Part shown: piece after piece, positions 23,989 through 36,511 of the stretch
How positions within the stretch are numbered: the stretch's first letter is position 1
Layout of the letters: each line of letters starts with the position of its first letter
Assembly (NCBI RefSeq): GCF_902713615.1
Contig: NC_052150.1
Location: 156,603,155-156,667,154 of the forward strand
Direction: 5' to 3'
DNA length: 64,000 bases
Source: Scyliorhinus canicula
Taxonomy: Eukaryota
Notes under the pieces: model-generated
The model's database searches: none
What the model saw: only the letters and a program-made list of their open reading frames with translations
What the model was told of the DNA's origin: nothing
Made by a program: the position numbers and the translations under genes

Positions 23989-24325
23989 GGCAGCGCAGTA
24001 GCTCAGTGGTTAGAAAAATTGCTTCACAGCTCCAGGGTCCCGGATTCGATTCCCGGCTTGGGTCACTGTCTGTGCGGAGTCTGCACGTTCTCCCTGTGTC
24101 TGCATGTGTTTCCTCCGGGGGCTCCGGTTTCCTCCCACAGTCCAAAGATGTGCAGGTTAGGCGGATTGACCATGATAAATTGCCCTTAGTGTCCAAAAAT
24201 AGGTTAGGTAGGGTTACAGGGATAAGTGTGAAGGTGTGGGCTTGTGGGGTGCTCTTTCCAAGGGCTGATGCAGACTTGATGGGCTGATTGGCCTCCTTCT
24301 GCACTGTACATTCTATGATCTATGA
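23989..24325 (+). mobile_element. HE1-type SINE
   Basis: Full head, core and tail. Confidence 0.9.
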
Positions 24326-25282
24326 ATTGGCAGCTTGTTTTGGCATTTTGTCCATCGAATTGGAAAGAAACAGGGAAAGGAATCAAGTGGACTGTACATG
24401 AGCTGCTCATTCACTATTGCCCATTTTGTACTTCCTCCCCAGATGAATTACACACCCTATGAGAATTAGTTTTCAAGATATAGTCAATGCTTAGATCAAT
24501 TGACCTGCCTGCTGATGGAATAGAGTTTGCATATATTAGAATGTTATTACATCATGCACACGATGATGACTTCAAGTCTCAGCAGGCCAGAGATGGAGAT
24601 AAGTACATCCAGCCCCCAGATAGGAATCCTCATCTCAAACCTCCATTGCGTGCTGGTATGATGCTTGGTTACAATACTGCCTCACCAGGAGGGATGTCCA
24701 GTACAGTCATTGGCTGGGTTTAGAGATTAAGGAAAATACCCATTGGTTTAGAATACTTTGACTGTTCATTTATCTGACAAGTTTTGAGCAAGGTTTGCAG
24801 AAAGGCTTTAATAATTTTGGAGCACAAGCATATAGTCAATCATATGTGAGGGCTTCATTCCCCTCACAAATACTGTTTGGTCCACAGATACTTCAGTGGG
24901 AACTGTGAGGAGATACCGAGCATAAAACGTCCACATGGGGCACCACAGTAGTAAGAATTTGGGACAAATTACATCAAGTTTCCTAGTTTAAGGCAACCCA
25001 GATCAGAACCCCCTTGTGCTACATTGGAAAGACATGTCTCCTGCTTAAAGCACCCGTCATCAGTAAGTGCGACTGGTTCCTTTACCAAAGCTTCTGAGCA
25101 ATCTGAAGGCACATGGTTGAATAAACCTTCTTGCAGTAATGAAAGTGGCTGTCACATATTCTCTCCAAATGGACAACATTTAAAGATTTGGCAGGGAGGT
25201 CGAGGAGTACACTTTGCAATCATGTTTTGATATATTGGAATTTAACTTTTAATGCCCCAACTTTCCTTTTGTTGCGCCTTTT

Positions 25283-25600
25283 TTTATTCGTCCATGGGAT
25301 GTGGGTATCGCTGGCAGGGCCAGCATTGATTGCCCATCCCTGATATCATTTCAGAGTCTGTGGGCCAGGTGCCACGTGTAGGCCAGACCAGGTAAGGACA
25401 ACAGATTTCCTTCCCGAAAGGACATTCGTGAACCAGATGGGTTTTTATGACAATTGGTCATCAACAGGCTTTTAATTCCAGATTTTTATCGAATTCAAAT
25501 TCCATCTGCCCTGGTAGGATTTGAACTCAGGCCCCCGGAGCATTACCCTGGATCTCTGTATTACTAATCCAGCAACAATATCACTATGTCACTGTCTCCC
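25283..25600 (-). mobile_element. tRNA-derived SINE of a second family
   Basis: Reverse complement is similar to 29340-29650 (CTAGTAATCCAGAG...GGGTTCAAATCCCACC...GGTCTGGCCTACA). Confidence 0.65.
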
Positions 25601-25803
25601 CATATATTGTCCCCCCCCAATTAAGCACAAGGCAACAGGCAATTTAGATGTTGGAAATAAATGCTGAGTAACATTAGAAACAAGACAAGTTCCACCACGG
25701 CAGATAATTTACTGCATCCAGTAAACCATATATACAGACCAAGGCAGCATTTCTTACAGATGACATGTTCATATGATTGGTTTGAACATATATATATAAA
25801 CCA

Positions 25804-25990
25804 GGGGCTGGTTCAGCTCACTGGGCTAAATTGCTGGCTTTTAAAGCAGACCAAGCAGGCCAGCAGCACGGTTCGATTCCTGTACCAGCCTCCCCAGACA
25901 GGCGTCAGAATGTGGCGACTAGGGGCTTTTTACAGTAACTTCATTGAAGCCTACTCGTGACAATAAGCGATTTTCATATTTCATTTTTCA
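25804..25990 (+). mobile_element. Short tRNA-derived SINE (~190 bp)
   Basis: GGGGCTGGTTCAGCTCACTGG head, B box GGTTCGATTCC, (TTTCA)n tail. Other copies at 57201-57391 and 30283-30407 (minus, partial). Confidence 0.8.
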
Positions 25991-26724
25991 TGTATCAGTC
26001 AGATCAGTGCATGGAATTCTCGTACTTTCCCTTTTGGGTACCCTGTAGGTTCGCTCTATTTTAACTTGTACATAAACTTCCTACATAACACAATCATCAA
26101 TCTCACCGTCACTTGAGCCTTCACCGCCTCCGAAGTTTTCATCATTGGCGAGGCCATCTCCAATCACTTCCTCATCTTCCACGGTATCCTAGCCCACATG
26201 TACCTTTGCTGCTCTGGAACTTTGGAAAATAACTTCCCTTCAGATCTTATCATTAACAAATTCTCTAATCCTCGCCCTCTCTTGTTTGACCTGCTATTTC
26301 AGCCACCGCACTCAATATCTCCCTTGGATCCATCTTCAGTATAATTTTCCCTCTCAAATCCCTCATGATTCCCGATTATATTTCACACTCCTGCACTTTC
26401 AGCTATGAGGGCCACAAACGTGAAAGCAGCCGGCGCATTGTAGAAGGGTTGGAAATTCTAAATTTCAGGGATCAATATTGGATCCACTTTTATTTTTAAC
26501 GCATGTATATGATTTGGAATTGCACGTAGAAAGTCTGTCCAATTTTTTTAGCAATAGAGAAAGGTATCATGACATGGCAGTCTAAAATATTTCAGGATAC
26601 CAGAGTTAGTTGGATTATTGGAATGTGGCATGTAGACACGATGCAATGTAGAAAAGTATGAGCTTGAACATTTTGACAGGCAGAACATAGGATCAGAGAA
26701 TATACTCTGATCATCGAATCTCGG

Positions 26725-27037
26725 CAATCAGAAGGAGGCCGTTTGGCCCATCAAGTCTGCACCGACCCTCTGAAAGAGCACCCTACCTAGGCTCACTTCC
26801 CCAGAACGCTGTAATCCCACCTAACAGTTGGACACTTAGGCGCAATTTGTCATGGCCAAACCACCTAACCTACACATATTTGGACTGTGGGAGGAAACCA
26901 GAGCACCCAGAGAAAACCCACGTAGACACGGGGAGAAGATGGAGACTCCGCACAGAGAGTCACCCAAGGCCGTAATCGAACCCGAGTCCATGGCACTGTG
27001 AGGAAGCAATGCTAACCATGGTGCTAATGTGCCGCCC
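26725..27037 (-). mobile_element. HE1-type SINE within decayed CR1 sequence (~26590-27560)
   Basis: Consensus core in reverse orientation. Confidence 0.8.
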
Positions 27038-28066
27038 TGATTTGGAAAGACAGTGAAGGATATGATTGAACATAGAACAAGTACACAATTTTTTCAAATT
27101 ACATATGAAAATAGAAAAAGCAGAGGAAAGATAAAAGGTAAAAGACTATGGGTGTAAATAAATAACGGTAGATTTAAGAATGCAATGGCAGGCCAACAGT
27201 GAGAATATGGTAGTGCACATTGCTGCATCCCATTACAGATAAAGGATGTTAAAGTAAGGATGTTAAGACAGTTGTGAGGAAATATTTGAGAAACATTCCC
27301 ATTGAAGCAGGGAAAGCAAAGTGACGACTTTTTAATTTATGAAGAGTTTTAATAAATGAATAAGAAAAGACTATTTCCCCCACCCCCGGCTTGGAGAATC
27401 TGTGACAATGATCGCCAATTGAAACTTCTCACTGAGAGACTGAGGAAAGAGGTTAGGAGACTTTTTTTTTGCACAGGATGTTTTTGGAGCATGAAATGCT
27501 TTGCCACAAGGGATGGTTGAAGCAGAGACTGTGACATATTTTAAAGGAAAATGAATAAATATTTAAAGCAGACGATAAGGAGACAACAGAAGGATTAGTT
27601 TTTGATTGAACTAGCACAAATGTCATCGGACTAGGTTTGACTTTACAAGAGGAAGCGGCCATGCTTGGTTCTGAAATAAAGGTACATAAGACAATTAAAG
27701 TTGCAATTCACGATTATTTTGCAGACAATTTTCTAAAAAGTGCTTCAAGGCTACAGGGCATCAGAACCTTGGCAGGTATGTCAGTGTGGCAATACTGTGG
27801 CAGCTCAGGTTAATGCCACATTCGGCATCTGTGAGGCGAGGCAATGTACCCTCACTGCCTCCTACGGCCAAAACAATTTTGCATCAAGGAGGGGTTTGGA
27901 TGCCAGGCATTTAGGGTTCAGCCTCCATAATGCCATCAGGCTACTGGCACGTGGGTACATTGAAAGGGGGTGGGTAAGGTGTTTGGACGAAAATCTAGCA
28001 GAGTGGCCCTCCACGTTGGCAGTGCCCACCTGCCATGGGTATTATCCACTCAGAAATTGGGACCTC

Positions 28067-28297
28067 GGGCAGCATGGTGATGCATGGTTAGCATTGCTGC
28101 CTCACGGCGTCAAGGACCTGGGTTTGATCCTGGCCCGGGTCACTGTCCATATGCAGTTTGTACAATCTCCCCGTGGCCGTGTGGGTCGCACCCTCACAAC
28201 CCAAAAAGATGTGCAGGGTAGGTGGATTGGCCAAGCTTAATTGTTCCCTTAATTGGAAAAAAAAAAGAATTGGGTATTCTAAAGTTATTTTTTTAAA
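28067..28297 (+). mobile_element. SINE variant with A/T-rich tail
   Basis: HE1-like head and core with tail AATTGGGTATTCTAAA. The same type occurs at 40427-40650 on the minus strand. Confidence 0.75.
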
Positions 28298-28489
28298 AAG
28301 CAATTGCGACCTCCAGTGAGGAGGAACACTCTGGAGGGAGGGAGGTACAGATGTAGGGATCCAACAGCAGTGATTTCATGGCCACCTGCACGGGTAGCTT
28401 TGGGTTGGGGAAGGAACAGAAGACCGCAGAGGGACCACAAGCAGTTGCCAATATGGAGAAGATAATACCCTGTAGCAGGAGTGTGCAGA

Positions 28490-28867
28490 TCATAGAATCA
28501 TAGAATTTACAGTGCAGAAGGAGGCCATTCAGCCATCGAGTCTGTACGGGCCCTTGGAAAGAGCACCCCACCCAAACCCACACCTCCACCACATCACAGT
28601 AACCCTACCTACCCTTTTCTGGACACTAAGGGCAATTTATCATGGCCCGGGTCACTGTCCATATGCAGTTTGTACATTCTCCCCGTGCTGTCCATCTAAC
28701 CTGCGCATCTTTGGACTGTGGGATGAAACCGGAGCACCCATAAGAAATATACGCAGACACGGGGAGAACGTCCAGAACCCGCACAGCCAGTGACCCAGCG
28801 GGGAATCGAACCCGGGACCCTGGAGCTGTGAAGTAACTCTGCTCAGCACTGTGCTACCATGCTGCCA
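28490..28867 (-). mobile_element. HE1-type SINE with an internal templated insertion
   Basis: Reverse consensus interrupted at 28643-28687. Confidence 0.8.
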
Positions 28868-28899
28868 GATAGAGGATGAGCTACTTCCAGATGTCTAAG

Positions 28900-29940
28900 T
28901 GGCATGTGTCACCACAGACTGTGCCTCTCCCAAGAAACTCTCACAAATCTTTGTACCATGATGACAAACATTACAATGCCTTGCAGTTTTCTGTCGACAG
29001 GTTTATAAGGGAGATCATTCCATTCTCTCCGCTAAGAGACGGCAGAACATTTCATTTTCCTTTCCAGAGAAAAGCAGGAAGAACAAGCATGTAGCTTCAC
29101 CAGAATAGCAGGCTTCCCCCATGGTGCCATTGAATACACTCTTGTTGATGCTTTGTGGGCACCGCATGTAAATTCAATGGCCTATCACAACAGCAAAGGA
29201 TTCCTCTGCCTCAGAGTTCAACTGGTGTATGACAATACTCACGGCATCGTGCAGACCAATGCCTTACATCCTGGAAGTATAAGGCCTTTACCTCTTATTC
29301 TTTCACAGGTAGTCAGCATCGCTGGCAACGTTTCCCAAAAGGGAATGGTGGCATAGAAGTAATATTATTAGGCTAGTATTCCAGAGGTCTGGACTAAAGC
29401 TCTGGAGATATGGGTTCAAATCCCACCACAGCAGGCGACAAATTTAAATTCAATTAATTAATAAACCCAATATCTCAGGAAATGATGATCATGAAATTAC
29501 CAAATGGTCATAAAAATAAGGGAAGGAAATCTGCCACCCAAACCCGGTCTGGCCTACATGTGACCCAAGGCAATGTGGTTCATTCTTAACTGCTGTCTGA
29601 GGCCAACAAATGCTGGCCTTGCCACTGAAGCTCGTATCCCATGAAGCTCATATCCCACAAAGCTCATAGCAAAACAATCTAAAATAAAATTGTTGCTTAT
29701 CCGTAATTGTCCTTGAGCAGGTTCCCTGCCCATTGTACCATCAGTTTTTGAGCCACATAAGAAACTAAAGGGTGACTGCCGACCATCTGTCTCATGATGT
29801 TAGTGTACAAACCATGTACATATGAGCAATAGGCATACGCTAAGAACGATCTTTGGGCTACTCTGGAGGAGCCCAGAAGTACAATCCAGAATCTGTGTCA
29901 TCGTGGTCTGCTAGATCCTGCACAATATCACTATTATGAG
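28900..29940 (+). pseudogene. HARBI1-like Harbinger transposase relic (interrupted by the SINE at 29340-29650)
   Basis: APHVNSMAYHNSKGFLCLRVQLVYD...NALHPGS matches the DDE_Tnp_4 motif Y.NRKG.HS.NVQ.VCD...A..PGS. Confidence 0.65.
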
Positions 29941-31100
29941 TGTACAATGCTTGCCATCAAGTATATAGGAATGGATAGGTTATACAGGACAGAAACAGGC
30001 CATTCAACCCAACCATCCTTGCAGGTGTTTATACGGTCGTTGAGCCTCTTTCCATCTTTCCTCATTTTAATCTATCACTGAACTCTCCATTTCCTCTCCC
30101 TCAGATGTCGGCCTAGTTTCCTCCTTAAATTACCTTCAACCATTATGTGTGATAGCGAATTCCACCTCCTCACCAATCCTGAGGTAACGACGCTTCCTCA
30201 GAATTCTCTATTGGCTTTCCTGCTAACTATCTTATTTTGATGGCCTCCAGTTATCTTGAGGTAATAAAGCAGTGCGATGATTTGAAATGAAATGAAAATA
30301 AAATGAATGAAAATCGCTTATTGTCACGAGTAGGCTTCAATGAAGTTACTGTGAAAAGCCCCTAGTTGCCACATTCCGGCGCCTGGCCGGGGAGGCTGGT
30401 ACGGGATTTGGGGGAAAAACAATAGGTGTAAGATACGAAGTAACAGAAAGTTGAACAGTGACGGTGCACCATCGAACAAGAGCTATGCAAGGAATAGTGG
30501 TTAAAGACTTGAATACCAAACGTTATCAGAAAACACTAATCATGCATATCACAATAGAGAAACTAGCAGCAAAAATGGAGATAAATGGTTTTGACATTGC
30601 TATTACAGTGGCATGGCTGCAAGGTGAATAAGAAATTCTCCTAGATATACAACATAGGAAGTAACTGAGAAGGAGGGGGAGAAAAAGGTCAGTAAAAAAG
30701 AGGAGGATGAATAGGAAAGGAGGAGGTATCAACACAACCCCTTCCTGGCTGGATTGTCTATGATTGGCTCATCTGACTGCAGTACCAGTGAACTCAACGG
30801 CAATTTCCCATTCAACAACATTCTCGTACCTTACCTTCCCTGTGACAATGATTGCCACAGTGCCCTCTTGGTCACCGTGCTGAAATAGAAGCCAATGCGA
30901 AGCAAACATTCCAAAACAATTTTATCAGTCATCCAGTGTTCCATACAAAGGTCAGCTGATGACCCTGGGGCATTCCGTTATTGCCTGTCTAATGTGTGCC
31001 TTCACCTGTTCTATGATGTGGAGATGCCGGTGTTGGACTGGGGTGAGCACAGTAAGAAGTCTTACAACACCAGGTTAAAGTCCAACAGGTTTGTTTCAAA

Positions 31101-31137
31101 CACTAGCTTTCAGAGCATTGCTCCTTCCTCAGGTGAA
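31101..31137 (-). ncRNA. Minimal type I hammerhead ribozyme motif (Penelope-associated)
   Basis: The minus strand reads CAC-CUGAGGA-A-GGAGC-AAU-GCUCU-GAAA-GC-UA-GUG: core boxes CUGANGA and GAAA, stem II, palindromic AGCU in place of stem III, and a CAC/GUG stem I. Confidence 0.65.
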
Positions 31138-33146
31138 TGAAGACGGCTGTTCCAGAAACATATATATAGATAAATTCAAAGATGCCAGACAATGCTTAGA
31201 ATGTGAGCATTTGCAGGTAATTAAGCCTTTACAGACCCAGAGATAAGGGTAACCCCAGGTTAAAGAGGTGTGAATTGTCTCAAGGCAGGACAGTTGGTGG
31301 GATTTTGCAAGCCCAGGCCAGATGGTGGGGGATGAATGTAATGCGACATGAATCCCAGGTCCCTGTTGAGGCCGAACTCATGTGTGCAAAACTTGGCTAT
31401 AAGTTTCTGCTCGGCGATTCTGCGTTGTCGCACGTCCTGAAGGCCGCCTTGGAGAACGCTTACACGGAGATCAGAGGCTGAATGCCCTTGACTGCTGAAT
31501 TGTTCCTCGACTGGAAGGGAACATTCCTGCCTGGTGATTGTTGTGTGAGGTCCGTTCATTCATTGTTGCAGCGTCTGCATGGTCTCGCCAATGTACCACA
31601 CTTCGGGACATCCTTTCCTGCAGCGTATGAGGTAGACAATGTTGGCCGAGTCGCACGAGTATGTAACGCGTGCCTGGTGGGTGGTGTTCTCACGTGTAAT
31701 GGTGGTATCCATGCCGATGATCTGGCATGTCTTGCAGAGATTGCCATGGCAGGGTTGTGTGGTGTCGTGGTCGCTGTTCTGAAGGCTGGGTAGTTTGCTG
31801 CAAACAATGCTTTGTTTGAGGTTGCGTGGTTGTTTGAAGGCAAGTAGTGGGGGTGTGGGGATGACCTTGGCAAGATGTTCACCTTCATTGCTGACGTGTT
31901 GAAGGCTGCGGAGAAGATGTCGTAGTTTCTCTGCTCTGGGAAAGTACTGGACGACGAAGGGTACTCTGTCGGTTGTGTCCCGTGTTTGTCTTCTGAGGAG
32001 GTCGGTGCGGTTTTTTGCTGTGGCACGTTGAAGCTGTCGATCGATGAGTCGAGCGCCATATCCCGTTTGTAAGAGGGCATCCTCCAGCGTCTGTAGATGT
32101 CTGTTGTGCTCCTCCTCGTCTGAGCAGATCCTGTGTATACGGAGGGCTTATCCATAGGGGATGGCTTCTTTAATATGTTTAGAGTGGAAGCTGGAGAAGT
32201 GGAGCATCGTGAGGTTGTCTGTGGGTTTGCGGTAAAGCGAAGTACTGAGGTGGTCGTCCTTGATGGAGATGAGTGTGTCCAAGAATGCAACCGATTTTGG
32301 AGAGTAGTCCATGGTGAGTCTGATGGTGGGATGGAACTTATTGATGTTCAGTGATTCTTCGCCGTGGGTCTAAAGGAAAAAAATGTTATTGATGTATCGG
32401 GTGTATAACGGTCGGTTGAAGGTCCTGTGCGGTGAGGAAGTCTTGTTCAAACTTGTGCATGACGATGTCAGCGTATTGAGGTGTGAATTTGGACCCCATG
32501 GCTGTTCTGTGCATCTGGATTAAGAACTTGTTGTCGAAGGTGAAGACGTTGTGATCCAGAATGAAGTGGATGAGTTGCAGAATTGCGTCTGGAGATTGGC
32601 AGTTGTCGGTGTTGAGTACTGAGGCTGTTGCAGCAATGCCGTCATCATGGGGGAAGCTGGTGTCGAGTGCCGAGACGTCCATTGTATACACAGGATATAC
32701 TCAGACAAGGAGGAGCGTAACAGCCATCTACAGACGCTGAAGGATGCCCTTGTACGAACGGGTTATGGCGCTCGACTCATCACTCGACAGTTTCAACGCG
32801 CCACAGCAAAAAACCGCACCGACCTCCTCAGAAGACAAACATGGGACACAATCGACAGAGCACCCTTTCTCATCCAGTACTTTCCCGGAGCGGAGAAGTT
32901 ACAACATCTTCTCCGCAGCCTTCAACACGTCATCAATGAAGATGAACATCTTGCCAAGGTCATCCCCACACCCCCACTACTGGCCTTCAAACAACCGCGC
33001 AACCTCAAACATACCATTGTTTGCAGCAAATTACCCAGCCTTCAGAACAGCGACCACGACACCACACAACCATTACACGTGAGAAAACCACCCACCAGGT
33101 ACGCGGTACATACTCGTGCGACTCGGCCAACGTTGTCTACCTCATA

Positions 33147-33270
33147 TTCGGGCCGGAAAGTGGAGCTGAGTCCACAAAAGATCAGCCATGATCTCATTGA
33201 ATGGCGGAGCAGGCTCGAGGGGCCAGATGGCCTACTCCTGCTCCTAGTTCTTATGTTCTTATGTTCTTAT
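33147..33270 (+). mobile_element. Young CR1/HER1 3' tail inserted in the right Penelope arm
   Basis: Near-identical to the reverse complement of 53570-53697. Ends in (TTCTTATG)n and is absent from the left arm. Confidence 0.85.
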
Positions 33271-33761
33271 ATATGCTGCAGGAAAGGATGTCCCGAAGCG
33301 TGGTACATTGGCGAGACCATGCAGACGCTTCGACAACGAATGAATGGAAATAGCGCGACAATCACCAGGCAGGAATGTTCCCTTCCAGTCGGGGAACACT
33401 TCAGCAGTCAAGGGCATTCAGCCTCTGATCTCAGGGTAAGCGTTCTCCAAGGCGGCCTTTAGGACGTGCAACAACGCAGAATCGCTGAGCAGAAGCTGAT
33501 AGCCAAGTTCCGCACACATGAGTGCGGCCTCAACCGGGACCTGGGATTCATGTCGCATTACATTCATCCCTCACCATCTGGCCTGGGCTTGCGAATTCCT
33601 ACCAGCTGTCCTGGCTAGAGACAATTCACACCTCTTTAACCTGGGGTTACCCCTATATTTGGATCTGTAAAGATTTAATTACCTGCAAATGCTCGCATTC
33701 TAAGCATTGTCTGGCATCTTTGAATTTGTCTATATATACGTTTCTGGAACATACTTCTTCA

Positions 33762-33799
33762 TTCACCTGAGGAAGGAGCAGTGCTTCCGAAATCTAGAG
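33762..33799 (+). ncRNA. Second, more degenerate hammerhead motif
   Basis: TTCAC-CTGAGGA-AGGAGCAGTGCTTCC-GAAA-TCTAGAG. Core boxes are intact; stems III and I are mutated. Confidence 0.5.
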
Positions 33800-34194
33800 A
33801 TTTGAAACAAACCTGTTGAACTTTAACCTGGTGTTGTAAGACTTCTTAATGTGTTCACCTGTTCTAGTTCTCCTAGTCAGGGCTACTTCAAGGCTGCAAC
33901 ATGGTTGGCAAAAGGCTGCTCACTCTCAGCAGGGGATCTACAGACTGCAGAATGACCTTAAGTAACTCTGGCCCTAGAAGGCATGCTTTTGGACTGCACC
34001 ACCTCAGCGTTCACAGCAGCAGCCTTGGCTGGCTGACTGACAGACAACAGCAAGGGCTTTGGTGAAGTGACATTGGAGGGCGAATGCTGTCTCCCTGAGA
34101 GAGTCGTGTGCTCCATGGAGCCATTGCCACCCGCTAGGGGTGGCGCCTCAATAATCCTGACAGTGTGTTTAAGGGCAGGTTGCTGAACCTCTGT

Positions 34195-34430
34195 AAAAAA
34201 AGAGGAGGAAATGTTTTTTTCTCGAAGTCTGTGGAATTCTTTTCTCAGAAAGCAGTGGAAGGCTGGGTCATTAAGTTTATTCAAAGCTGAGTTAGATTTT
34301 TGATAGACAAGGGACTTGAGGATTATGGATGGAAGTGGAGTTGAGACCACAACCAGATCAGTCATGATCTTACTGACTGATTGAAGGGCCAAATGGCCTA
34401 TTCCTGCTCCTAGATCCTATGTTCCTAAGA
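34195..34430 (+). mobile_element. CR1/HER1 3' fragment
   Basis: CTGTGGAATTC...GCAGTGGAAGGC...AGATCAGTCATGATC...CCTATGTTCC tail. Confidence 0.7.
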
Positions 34431-35639
34431 TGCTGTTGTGAGCTCCTTTGAGCTCCCACTGCAGCACTCAGACACTGAATGGCTCCTGCTTGTGCTGCAA
34501 TGGAAGCTGAGACATTGACCATCAGACTTGCATCATGTTAGAGTTCATCACCTCCATGGTGGAAACTCCAAGCTCTGCACAAAACCACTAATGCCAGGCC
34601 CTCCATGCTCCGTGACAATGACTCGTGACCTTCTAGCAAGCTTGCCATTACACGAAGCATTTCTGTGTGCATACCCAATAGCCGTTTCTTTTGTACGCTG
34701 ATCCAGTAAAGTCCTCTACTAGAATACCTGTGTGACCAAGGCCATCAACTTGTTGGCATTAACAATTCCCTTTCTTCCTCCTTATTTGTAGGCTACGTGT
34801 TCTTAGGTGGGGGATTGGTCGTGCTAAATTGCCAAATTAGTGTCCAAAGATGAGCAGATTAGGTGGATTTACCATGATGAATGTGCAGGGTTGCAGGATA
34901 GGGCGGGGGAGTGAGCCGAGGTAGAGTGCTCTTCCGGAAGGTCAGTGCAGTCTTTATGGACTGAATGGCCTCCTTCTGCACTGCAGGGATTCCTGGATCC
35001 TATGGCAGAGTCTTACCTCGTGTTGATCCTGTCTTTAAGCTACCCTCTACATTTCAAACCGTGTCAGTATTAGGATTAGAGAGACTTTATTCATAACCAG
35101 TCTCTTCTTCCTCTTCTTAATGCTCCCCAGCCAGTGTCAGTCCAGGTTTCAATTCATGGATATTTGAAAGAAAAAAAACACACGCGGGGTTGAGGTGAGG
35201 GAAAGCATGGTAAAAGAGTAGCCACATGTTTAAACCACCTGAAGATTATAAATCAGAATAGATTGTTGGATGAGGAATAAGTAGGATATGTGAGAAGGTG
35301 GATTAGGTATGAGGATACCATCATCTTTAATTGTTCAAGCAAGCCCACCCTCTCAATCCTGGCCATACTACCAATATCTTCATTGGGATGAGTACATGCT
35401 GCCATGTCTGTATCTCTGCTGAGTTGCTCCTGCTGTCTGTGGATTTGTGCTACCTTGTCCTTCAAGAGAGAGGCTCTCGAGCCTGATACGGTTGGATCAT
35501 TGACAGTGTGCGGAGCCTGTGAGATGTGGGTGCAAGGCTTCCAGCAGTGCTAAATGAAAAACAGTGAGGTGAAATTATGAATGTGAAGTGTGGGTATTAG
35601 CTAATTGTTGGTAGATTGTTGGTAGATGGGGAAGCCAGT

Positions 35640-35925
35640 GTTTGTAGTTTATTTAACCTTTCAGAAGGCTTTCGACAAAGTCCCACATAAGAGATTAGCG
35701 TGTAAAATTAAAGTGCATGGGATCGGTGGGGGGGGAAGGGGGGGGGCAATGTATTGAGATGGATAGAAAACTGGTTGGCAGACAGGAAATAAAGAGTAGG
35801 AATAAATGGATCACTTTTTCCAAATGGAAATGGATGGCAGTGACAAGTGGGTTCCTCGACGATCAGTGTTAGGAGCCCAGCTGTTCACAATATATATCAA
35901 TGATCTAGATGGGGTAACTAAATGT
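35640..35925 (+). mobile_element. CR1 reverse transcriptase fragment
   Basis: FQKAFDKVPHKRL...WIENWLADRK...RVGING...SVLGAQLFTIYINDLD. Confidence 0.8.
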
Positions 35926-36511
35926 GTATCTACAAATGTGCAGATAACTATGATGAATGTAAGAAATTGTCATATTTTATATTTTTTGCAGTACTCTTGT
36001 TTAAACCTGGGTTAAGATGCATACAGATGGAATGACTGTAGAGCGGAGATTAAGGTGTCATAAAAGTGAGAACATCATTGATTTTTAGGTGAAGTGTTCT
36101 GCTAATAGATCTTGATAACCAGTCATTTGTTTGCAGATAGTGAGATAATGGAATATTGTTTAGGTTTGAAGGACACATGGGGTGTAGCTAATTTATGAGG
36201 CGTTTGGTCCTGGCTAAACAAGTAATGGGTCATCTTGTAAGAAGAGACAAAAGAATGCCTTATGCTTTGGATACAGATGATGAAGTTAAGTAGAGGAGCC
36301 AGGTCTGTCAGGTCTGTCTGAAGAGTCAGTGGGTCCTAGAACTCTAATCTGAACAGAGGTGTTTCAGTTTGGCCCTGAATGGTTCTCTCTCCAAAGATTC
36401 TGCACAGAAAAAAACAAGTAAAACCCTGTTTAACTTTATTCATAAGTGGTATTTAATATATATTGGTTTGCTTAATTGGGATACAGTGGCAGGTTTAGGA
36501 AGTAAGTTAAG

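Larger units (their letters stand above)
31014..33853. mobile_element. Penelope-like retroelement (RT plus GIY-YIG) with an inverted duplicated 3' part
   Basis: Left arm (minus, 31014-32685) has RT motifs TMDVSALDTSFPHDDG, TAMGSKFTPQYADIVMHKFEQ and GIY-YIG. Right arm (plus, 32684-33853) has C..C..AWYIGETMQTLRQRMNG and is an inverted copy of ~31050-32141. 13-bp TSD TTCACCTGTTCTA (31001-31013, 33854-33866). Confidence 0.9.

Noticed and set aside
24487-24723. Protein-like 78-aa ORF in unique sequence
   Set aside because: It has no recognisable domain or convincing splice signals, and its length is within chance expectation.
31556-32290. 244-aa Ser/Thr-rich ORF
   Set aside because: It is an alternative frame of the Penelope pol region.
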